A stretch of DNA of 64,000 nt, taken from NCBI RefSeq assembly GCF_000181795.1, contig NW_003526948.1, positions 2,040,980 to 2,104,979 of the forward strand. Direction: 5' to 3'. How positions within the stretch are numbered: the first letter of the stretch is position 1; every line of letters begins with the position of its first letter. Positions 14,401 to 25,068 of this stretch are shown here, one piece after another. Source of the DNA: Trichinella spiralis. Lineage: Eukaryota. The translations under genes were made by a program, and so were the position numbers. The notes below the pieces were generated by a model. The model did no database searches. It saw only the letters and a program-made list of their open reading frames with translations, and was not told the origin of the DNA.

Positions 14401-16567
14401 CTTACATATAATAAAATTCACACAATAAAATTTATTATTCTATTTTAAAATGTTTATATGCATTTGTTAACGTGTTCAATTGCGCTTTCCTGCTTACAAT
14501 TAATAAATCTACTTTGTTTATTGTATTGAATTTTGCTTTATTTCATTTTCCGCGAAACATATTATTTTTATTTATTGATTGTGTAAAGAATAATAAATTC
14601 TTTTTCGTGTATAAATTAGGCAAATATGAAAAAATTTCAACTTACGCAAGTATTCCTGATAGATGAAACATTTCCGCAGAAAGATAAGCACTGTATGCCA
14701 TTGCAAATACGAATAGAGGTTCCAAAATAGGTACATGACTTGTCCATCTAGTAAATGACACGTTGCAATTTCTGCATTGTTTTAGTTTGGCTTATTACTT
14801 GGTTATTAAACTTATCAGTACTGCCCAGATGAAGCCAATAACAACTCCACCTAAGCCAACGACAAAAAAGGACACGAGACCAGAAATTATATCTAACGCA
14901 ATAATGTTTCCTTCTCCAATTTGCGAATAAGATTTGAATATGTTATATAATACCTGAAAAGTAGTTGATAATAAGTTAAATAATAACTGTAAATGGTTTT
15001 TTCTTCATACCACAGACACGGCATCGTTCAGCAATGATTCGCCAAAGACAATAATATAAAGAATTTGATTAATGTGAATTTCTTCGAACACAACCAAAAC
15101 AGCAATAGGATCCACAGCCGATATTAAAGATGCAAATAGCATGACGTGAAGCAGCGGCGTTGACACGCAAAATAGGCCCGTAAGGCTCACTGCATACAAG
15201 GACAATCCTACAAAATGACCAACCATGATGAGTGCAACATAATTTAATTGCATCATTAGTACACTTGAAGTTAACAATGTTTCAGTTGTATAAATTTTAA
15301 TACTATTTTATCGTTGGTTTTTTCTCTGGGTATTTCGTCATACTAGGTTGACAGTAAGCATGATAGCATCTAGTTTCGTGTAAGCTGTTTGAGGGAGTGT
15401 TGTTTCAATAAGACTTTTTGTTTTTTAACGTGATTATTATTATTACTTAAAATTCAGCACTGAATTACATAATAATTGGAAGTGAACAGTATTTTAGCAA
15501 CTGAAACATTTGTCATCCTTTTATGTTGCATAAAATGAAAGAATAGGTTGTAAAAATTGCTTTTACAGAATTCAATTTTTTTATCGCATGAAAGATATTC
15601 AAGTAAATTGACATTTTTTCCTGAATTACTGTAATATTAAAATGAAGAAATATTATTTTTTTAAATTAAAAGTACAAGAATATAGGGATGTTTGACAGAA
15701 ATGATGAAAACCACCACAACAGTATAGTTTCTTTTTTGAATGTTATAACTGCGTAGAATACAAATGGCAGTTTGGAATACAGAATAGAAAAAGAAATAAA
15801 GTATTAATAATTATTGAAAGCAAAAACAATGAATTTTAGTAGAATTTAAACAATTTTATTAAATAATGTAGTATTGAAAAATTAAAAATGTAATTTGAAA
15901 TATTATAATGCATGTACAGTTAATGATAAGCAGGGTATATTGTTAATTTTGAATTCAAATAAAATATTGAAGTCAATTAAATTGATAATATATTCTTACC
16001 TATAGTCAAAGAATTCCATATTGTTCCAAGAACGGCGTAGCATAATATTGTTCCAAGATTGTCGAAGAAAGCTCGGTTGGGCATGAAATAACCCGCTTCG
16101 AAAACAATTGGTGGCAGAAGGAAAAGGAAAAATGTTTCCGAGTCCATGTGGAAACTTTTTTCGTCTGTTCTGAAAAAGTATAGCACCATGCCAACGACAA
16201 CGCCCAGTATGATCAACAGAGAACTGTCTGGAAAGATGGACACCAATTTTTGGGAAAGTTGAAACGCTGTTGACAGAAAAAAAGCACATTACGGTAGGAT
16301 TGAGATGAAGAATAATGCTTTCTTCTGCTTACCAACTTTTGCAACGCTGGCAAGGAGAATCCACAAGGCTATGGTGAACGGTGTTTGCACGTGATGCCAG
16401 TCAAATTTTGCCACATTATACCGCAGGTCAGTTTCATTTCCTGCCGCTTTTTGTACTTTATTATGTTGTAGTAGTAGTTCTTGTGATTTCACCAAACTGA
16501 ACAGCATCACAAATGAGCAAACGATCCAAGATGAAGTGGACACGTTGATTTGAAAAAATTTTTTCAT
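11453..16567 (-). CDS. Na+/H+ exchanger (SLC9A/NHE family, nematode nhx-like), ~788 aa, 13 exons
   Basis: Exons with GT-AG sites and matching phases: 16567-16333, 16266-16000, 15207-15011, 14953-14799, 14747-14646, 13668-13451, 13361-13069, 12903-12833, 12772-12569, 12462-12297, 12228-12072, 11844-11800, 11709-11453 (2367 nt). CPA1 motifs [62 protein letters not shown] and [13 protein letters not shown] are present, with an N-terminal signal-like segment and EKELPWK in the tail. The last four tail exons are less certain. Confidence 0.95.
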
Positions 16568-18233
16568 CTTTCGGCTTTTTCAAATTCAAGCGAAAATTGC
16601 ATCCAGGGTTGTTTTCCACTTCAGTTTTGTTTGTTGTGCTTGATGTAGTTGTTTTAGCTTTTTCGATCTAATTCAACAAGCATCACTGAAATTTATCAAG
16701 GGGAAAAAAGAACAGTGATGATGTTTTTTTTGTTTGCTTGCAAAAGAGCTGATAAGCAATCGGCAAAAGTAGAAATTTACTACTACTGCTGCCAAGAATT
16801 GTACAGGAAGTGGTAATTTGCCAAAGTGATTTTGCTAATTAGTAAGCTTTCTGTGCGTTCATGTTGACATGAAAAAACCACTATTACTGATAAAGCTGTC
16901 GGTGTAGAACCACCGGTGAATAAATAAATAAATAAATAAATAAATAATGTAACGATGAAAAAAAAACTAGCTATTTGCACAATGCATCTGTACCTGTCTG
17001 CCAGGCTGGTATTGAACACGATGGAGATGGTGCAGAAACTGGGACACTTCCATTCTGAACAATTTACCATTACAGCAGTTGACATAGCCGCCATTTGTTG
17101 GTGCAATTTTCTCTTGAATCGGTAAACATAATTTGTGAATTAAATGAGGTAAATAACCAGTAATGCTGAAAACGTGAAATTCATTTTTCAAATTTCAAAA
17201 ATAACTACCAACTGTACCCACAAATTGCATCTATTAAGCAAAGCTTATTTCAACACTTATTTTATTATTATTTCTGGACAGCATATTTTTCACGCACTAT
17301 TTATGGTTTGACTACAAATTATTCTGTTCAATTTTATGAAAATTTTTTTTAATGTGAAACATTCAATTTATTCCATGCATAACTTCTTTGCAGAAACTAT
17401 TAGTCATCGCCTGCTTATTTTTTGAGGGGTTATCTAACTTTGCGAAAAGATAAAAGTACAGAAAAAATGTTCTGGTGGTTAGTTCGATTGTTACTGCGTA
17501 AAATATTATTGTAATATGCTTTTTTTATCAATTATTCACTGACTGATGAAATAAATTGTCTGAGGAATTATGCGGATGTGAAAGCATCACTTTTTTGTTG
17601 GCCACAACTTTTTTTTCAGTGCATCTCGCGGAAATGGTAAAATGGCAACACATGTTGTCACTTTGTTGATTTCATTGTCATTGAGTGACATTTATCTGAA
17701 TGACAGATTTTATTGAAATTTACATTGATTTCATCAAATTTTTAAAGTATTTTTTTGTCACTTTGAATTTACCAAAGCAGTGCAAGCGAAATTGTATTTT
17801 CAATTGTATGACGATGCGCACATTACATCCGTTCGACTTATCTTTACAAAAGCGTGGCATCAAGCAGTCATTGAAAACCCAGTATGTAACCAATTTTTAC
17901 AAAATAATTATCATTTACTTGATATTTTATTGAAAAAGACAACATTTCGATATTTTTTAGTATATCATGTATTTTGAGTGCTTTACAGGTATTTAATTAT
18001 TTTTTGTAAAGTTGTTTAAAAAATAGTGCTTTTCGAATTTGACTGTGTAATATATTATGGAAAATTTATTCGTAATTTGCAGTTTCACTAATCGTCTATG
18101 AAAGTTGATGAATGAATGAATGCGTTTTATTTTTTTTGACTAATAATTTTTTCTCTGTATAATAATAATAATAATAATAATAATGGGAAAATTATTCTTT
18201 TCTTTCACCACTACTTTTCACCGTATATTTCAA

Positions 18234-20240
18234 TTATTCGGATTGTTTTCGATTGCATATTGCCATTTTGTTGGCATGTGGATTGTAAACGTGGCAATTT
18301 TGTCGCATAAAGTAATTTCCAAACTCGACATCAATTCCTTGCGCCGTTTCAGCAGCGATGATCATTAAATAGCAGGTATCGTTTTTCTGAATTGAAGAAA
18401 ATGAAAATTTGAATTTTAAGAAATCAACTTTTTCAATATGCGTTTACTTGGGCAAAGTATGCGCTTGTTGGAATTGGAATTATTTTATTTTCTACGACCA
18501 GCTTCATCGGTTTCAGCGAATGTTGTCGATTGCATGGAATTTTGATCTAAAATATTTCATACCAAGAGCAAGAAAAATGATCGAGTAGAAAGGGAATCTT
18601 TTTTCACTACCGGCATGTATGAAACGAATTCCAATTCCAATTCATTGCAGATCGCTTTGACATGTGCTGGGGCCATTGCAATCCAGGGGATTCTTGAATT
18701 GAACATCCCTTTCATTGGTGTCCTGTCCGCATTTCGAATCTCCAGGTCATTGGTGACCACAATGCTAAAAATTGAAATATCTTTGCTTGCTGTTGGCGAT
18801 TGTTCAAAGTTGAAATGACGTGAAATAGCAGTTGGAAGTGAATTTGCATAAAAATTGCATACTTTTCAAATTCAAATTCCCAGTATCTTCGGCGTGCCAA
18901 CTTCATCCATTGACAAGTTTGCATTTGACAATGTTCTTCATCATATTCTCCAATTGTCAGCTGACCGTCGAAATTGCCATCGTCGTTTGATCTGAAACTG
19001 TTCAGCTTCAAGCGAGACAATTTCACAATTTCAACGTCAAAAAAACTGCTCACTGATCAATCCAAATGGTGAACGTCGGAGGGCTGGCTTTGTCTTGTCT
19101 CAGAAGACGCTGCATTAATGGAACTGAATAATCTTTGTTCAACGTTTGGAAACCAAGACCCAAGCTGCCATCGCAAGGCAACAAGAAAAATAGCAACCCA
19201 AGCGTGTTGGCAATACCAAAATGCTGGTGTTTGGCACACTTTTCACCAAGCTGAAATCTACTATTTATTTTAATATAAAATTTTATTTATTTTAATTTTA
19301 CACAGATTGAATCAGTTCCTGTGATGCCCATCGCAAAGTCGTTGAATGCATATTCTTTGAATGTTGACTTCTTAACAAAAGTTTCACTTTTATCCGCATT
19401 GAATCTGTTTTTTCTCCCTAAATTACACGATGGATACGAATTTCATTATTCTACCATCGCATTTTTTACATTTATAAGAAATAATTCAACACTTAGATAG
19501 AAGAGTTCATATTATTATTATTATCATTATCGTTATTATTACACGGTAAAATTCTTACAAACATTCCAGTCACTGGCATTAAAATTTTTATAGCAAACTC
19601 TGATACAACAGTGGTCCTCATCGTGGCATTGTTTTCTGCACGCGGTTGCTATATCTGAGTCGTATTCTGTTCCCACAACAATTAATGAGCTTGACGCGGT
19701 GTCAACGAGAAGTCGAAATTTTTGCGCTGGTGTTCCAATTTCAACATCGACATAATAAAATGACAGATGCTTCTAAATTTTCAAATGATGAAATCTTGTA
19801 AAATTCAAAGTGGCTGTTCAGTTTGTGATTATATTTTTACTTTTGAGTTGTTTTATTGTCTGCTGAAATTATGATTAATTTCTTTCAGCGAAAAAAATGC
19901 ATTCATTAAAATTATCATGCAAGCATAAATTGTGTAAATATCTGCAACGACAGCAATAACATTTTCAGTGGAGAACACAATTCGACTGAATATGTTGAGA
20001 ATATAACACTTACTAGAGAATCGAACAACGATTCAGTGTACGAAGATGAATTATCATTATCGTAGAGTTTGCGAATGGAAAGTATCCACTCTCTTGGAAT
20101 CCTCAGTGCAATTTCTTTGATTGGAACTCTTAAAGAAAAGCATATGTAATCTGTAAAAATAATAAATGTAGAATAATAACAAACTTTGCTGAAAATCCTG
20201 TAGTAATCAAGAATAGAGTTGCAATTAAGAAGCGTCTCAT
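18234..20240 (-). CDS. Secreted pepsin-family (A1) aspartic peptidase homologue, ~410 aa, 9 exons, probably catalytically inactive
   Basis: Exons 20240-20185, 20128-20014, 19772-19559, 19417-19302, 19250-19054, 18991-18863, 18764-18611, 18546-18448, 18386-18234 (1233 nt, open). Signal peptide MRRFLIATLFLITTGFSA. Pepsin-like blocks: YYVDVEIGTPAQKFRLLVDTASS, KNRFNADKSETF, CDGSLGLGF, FTIWID, GQLTIGEYDEEHC, YWEFEF, EFGNYFMRQNCHVYN. Confidence 0.9.
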
Positions 20241-21503
20241 TTTCAGAAAAAAACGAGATTGAAATTTTCCACTGGTACCATACGGAAAATAGTTGTTGAA
20301 GCTTTTATGCGAATTCATTTGTTAGCTTATGTGTCATGAGCAAATATTTTAACATGTCTGCTCATTGTATAATATAATCTGATGAGGTGACAGAAAAAAT
20401 GGACCTTTTTGAAGATAAAGCGACAACTGATAATTTTTGTTTGCAGATTTCGCTGAAATTTCCCTTTTCAACGTTCAAAATCATCAACCATTTAAAATTT
20501 TCATACAAAGCTTGCAATTTTGAAACCTGCGCACACCGTGAACAGAAACGATTTTATCAGAATAGCTGATTTGATCGATTGCTTGAAACTGTTGAAAAAT
20601 AAACAACCCGTTTCAAAGATTAACTTGTTAAACAATCAAAATGTTGGATAGTGAAAAATCTACTATCGTAAATCACTTTCTTTTTGCTAGTGGAAAAATT
20701 TAAAGCGGTACATCTAATAATAATATTGATCCTCTGGTGAATTTTTTACTTTCCTATTTCAGTTTTTATTAAAAAATAAATTTTTTAAAAATGATTTTAT
20801 TAATTTTTTAATATGTAAGTTATAATTTATTATTATTGTTGTTAGAAATCAAACTTTTACAAGCACCTAAATCTGTTTCACAAATTTGCTTTCTTATCTT
20901 TTTAGTGTAGAAAAAGAACCAGAAACAATTTAGAAAATGAGTTTTCTTTTAAAATTAATCTAAAGTTAGATTTGCTAAGTTTCTTTTTTTTTAATTTAAA
21001 TTCTATTTTAAAAACCAACAAAAGTACAATGGTATTTCTGTAAGTATTTATTTTAAATGATCCAGTACCGATGTCTCTTGTTATAAATTTTCAGTTCAGC
21101 ATTACTGTAATGAGTAGGATGAAATTGAATGCGTATATATATTTTTTCTTTTTTTCATTAAAATTAAATTAAATTTTGCTTTGTTTCATAGACGAGCGTT
21201 TAATATTTCATTTTTTAATGGGAATTTAAAGTTTCACCTTGTTTAGAAGTGCACAAATATTCGAACAACAATGGAGTAATAATCGTGCGCGTTGAAGTAG
21301 CTTGTTTTTAATTTTTGTTTTATTTATTTCTTGGGCAAGGGATTAGATATTTCGATCAACAAGAATGACAGACAACAATAATTCGTACTTGAAGAAATGA
21401 TTGTTTATTATGTACGACTTAGTTCAATGTTGTAGAGGAAAAAATGTTTTAGAGGAGAATAAAATAAAGAAAAAGAAGAAGCATTTATTGAAAGCAGCAA
21501 TGA

Positions 21504-22279
21504 TCAGTTGCTGATTTTGGATTCCACTCTCAAGCAAGCGATTTCGTCAGTGGGATTGTCAGCGTCTCTCATCACAATATCCATTGCATATATGCCCTAG
21601 AATGAAGTGAATTCAGAATTTGCATTATATTTGTTGTTGTCGCAGTTTAATTTAATTTAATTTAATTTATTCAGTTCAATTCAACTCACTCCCCCCGCCA
21701 AAAGTCCAATTACGGGCGAGTACGGACTGAAATCAAAGTTCAACACTAATGTGTTATTGCCAGGTTGAAGAGGACAGTTGTAACATTGCTTGATGTTTCG
21801 GCTAAAATTTTCCCAAATAATCAAATGAAAAATAATTCATCTATCACAAGGTGCAATTGCATATACTCACAGCAATCCCATTGTAGGAAGGGAATGCCAT
21901 GAACAAGAGCCCCAAAGTAGTTTTCCAAAATATTGCAAATCAATATCGGCGTATATGTTGTTCAACACACCGCCTCCGTTGAATGAAGTAACTCTGAGAT
22001 TCATCTTATGGCGCATGTCGACCGGATAATTCTCTTCTCCTTTTTCATTTTTAATTGAAAGATGTTTTATTTTCAACGAATGTTTCACTTCTGTTAAATG
22101 ATAAAATATGATAAATTAAAAATTGAAAATAGAAAAGGACAATTTCATTTACCAGGTTTGCATTCGGTGTAGAACAAGGTCTTGTCGGTTCCATCAGGGG
22201 CTTCACAGCTGCTGGCCAAACTGGCATCAAGCACAGTTAGAAATAGAAAACTTATCAAAAAGCAACGCACGCTTTTCAT
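21504..22279 (-). CDS. Small secreted ML (MD-2-related lipid-recognition / NPC2 / GM2A-like) domain protein, ~183 aa, 4 exons
   Basis: Exons 22279-22153, 22090-21871, 21801-21690, 21596-21504 (552 nt, phases consistent). Signal peptide MKSVRCFLISFLFLTVLDASLA, then CEAPDGTD..EC, YPVD, WGSCSWHSLPTMGLL, CYNCPLQPG and a terminal EIACLRVE. The Cys spacing, CP..G motif and terminal IAC strand resemble ML beta-sandwich proteins. The family call comes from pattern recall, not from a search. Confidence 0.75.
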
Positions 22280-22640
22280 TTTTCGATTTATAATTTATTA
22301 TAAATTAATCTACTGTGAACAAGTCAGAATGAAAATGGTCCCTTTTCCAGTGCTTATTTATAAGCTTTTTACAATTTAATATTTGCTCTTCCAACGAACT
22401 CTTCATCATCAGCGCCAAATCACGCCACTTTCTTCTATAATCTGTACGGCAATGTTTGATTTTGTAAAATTCCATTTTGCATACTTTATTTCACAACGAT
22501 AATAAGTCAATCTTAAGGATTGATATCCATTTTGTTATCGTCACTGTTATTCAAATAACAGTCACTGGTGGCGTGACAACAATTTGTTTTCCGATGCAAC
22601 ATTATCTGCATCAACGTAGACAACAATATTTTATGACAAT

Positions 22641-22666
22641 CACACACACACACACACACACACACA
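22641..22666. repeat. (CA)n microsatellite
   Basis: Directly visible CA run. It is one of many simple repeats, e.g. (TA)n at about 8725 and 37160. Confidence 0.9.
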
Positions 22667-25068
22667 TGCGCGCTCACACAAACAGACACACAGGAAGATT
22701 TTTTTTGCTTTTAAACTTTTTCTCTGAACACGTGATTGTAACAACTATGGCGTTCAATATCATTGCAAGAAGCTGAAATTAAACGAATTGCATTATTCAA
22801 CAATTTTGCGCACATTCAAAGATCTTGTTGAGAAAACATATAAAATTACAATTTAACTGCAAATAGTACAAAATTATAGCACAGAATTAGCATTAGCATA
22901 GAAAGATTGTTCTTATTTAACCGAAGCATGCTAAAAGTTGTTCCAAAATTAATGTATCTGTGCATTTGATTTTTTTGATAAATCCCTTTACAAGGGTACA
23001 GTTAATAAAATTTCAAAAATAGAAATTTTAAATCTTCTCGCTCCTGTCTACTGTAATAGTCACATATTATACTTGATTGTTTTTTATGTACAGAATCCTT
23101 CATAGCAAAACCATTTATCTCGTCTAAGCAGTCTGTCGTTGGCAGCATTTTTCTTTAACAGAGCTTAATCATTCTCAGCGTTATCGTAACAGTTCGCGGA
23201 TTTTGTATAATAAAAAGAATTTTCATGACCAATTGTTATTACAGTACACAACTTTTGCGGTAAAAATAATAAACTTCTATTGGAAAAACAACAAACTAAC
23301 TGGAAATACGACGATATCTAACTTATATATACGGTACACCACGAGCAGTTTGTCAAATTGTTAATTTCAATTACTGACAGTTTATTACGGACAATAGCCC
23401 CCCCCCCCCCAAAATACCTTGTTGGTGGGGAAACATTTTCTCTTAATGAGTCGAGCAGGAGTGAGCTTTATTTTGTACAGTTATAAGCCCACAGTGTGCT
23501 TACAGCCAGATGTGTATCCATGAGAAAGATTTGTTTTCTTGTTTGTTTTACTTTTCGAGAATGATTCATCATGATTTAGAAGAGCACCAACAAAAAAGGT
23601 GGACCAGACGACGAGAAGACGCCTATGCTGGTAAGTTCCATTGTTCCGAGTATCTTCTTTAATTGTTTAATAAAGGTGTAGTTGAGAATTAATAGCGAAT
23701 TTGTAGATTATTGTCGGAAGTAGGTAATAAATCACTGAAAATACATTGAAATTTTACTTGTCAGTTAACGAGCGGTTTGTTGGGAATCTGTTTTGCATAA
23801 TCGCTAATTATAATAGTCTGTTATTATAATAAGATATATATATATATATATGACTAGCACGTTTCAATATTTGAGATTAGTTGTCATTGTAATTTGAAAT
23901 TTTCATATCACATTGTCGAGATAAGGTTTGAAAATAATTTTCAGAAAAAGAAAGCTACTTCAGCGTTGAGATCCAGTGCAGTTAGGCTAAGTCGAATAAC
24001 GACACTTCGCGTCTATTGTACGTGCAAATATGTAAATAAATGTTTTCTGAGTTGCTCGTGTCATCAGTAACTTGGCTAATTTGACTAGCGGTAGCGTTAG
24101 ATAAAGGTCTTTCTTGGTGAACTTTATTTGAAATAATTGTAAACTAATGGTGTGCGGCCACCGAACAACAGGGAATTTTCACTAAAAGCGTAGACTGCAG
24201 TCAACGAGTCAATTGATATGTTTTTCTTGTTTATTTTCATGCTTCCAAAATGATTAATCATTCAGTGCAAAAAGTAAATAATGGGAAGACAAGTGTAAGT
24301 TTCGTTTCATTTGTTATTATTTTGTTTTTAATTTTTTTCTGCTATTCTAGAAGTAAATAACTGTTTTATTGCGCTTAGCATTACGTCCGCTATTCTTGTT
24401 TAGCTTTATTCCAATCCAAAGTTTCTATGAAAGTAGAATATGAAAACTTTCAGAGGCTGCTTTTTCATTCATGAGCGACTTATCACTCGTGATCAATTTA
24501 TAATATAATATCAGCTGTTATGTATAATAAACATTGCTGTTGGTCAAGGTAATGCCAGATTGTTCATTTGTAGCTTTCCACTTTTTGAGATAGGTAAGAT
24601 TTGTTTGAAAATTACCGCAAATCAGATATCAACTCCCATTTGTAAGTCATTATTGAGTTTTTGTTGATGTTGTTCAATAATTATTGTAATCTGCTATACA
24701 TCAATCAGCAGCAACATGCTGTAATATTTAACCATATTCTAAATAATAATATTTTCAAAACACAGAGTACACTATGTATCATTTTATTCTTATTTGTATC
24801 ATACAGGTGAAGCACATATTCAATAAATAATGCTGCAATAACTGTTAAATGTGAATGCAGTAAATTACACTATGATAAAATTATATAATTAATCATGAAT
24901 TATGAAATGAATGCTCTGATATAGATGATGAATGATAAAATGAATGGTAATGATAAAAACTACAGCATGTTATGAATTAAAATAAAGTCCCTGAGTTAGG
25001 GTTCTGCAATTTGCAGTACAGTTGATCAGTAACTAAAGTTTGCGGTGTTTGTAATATGTCTTTTAGGA

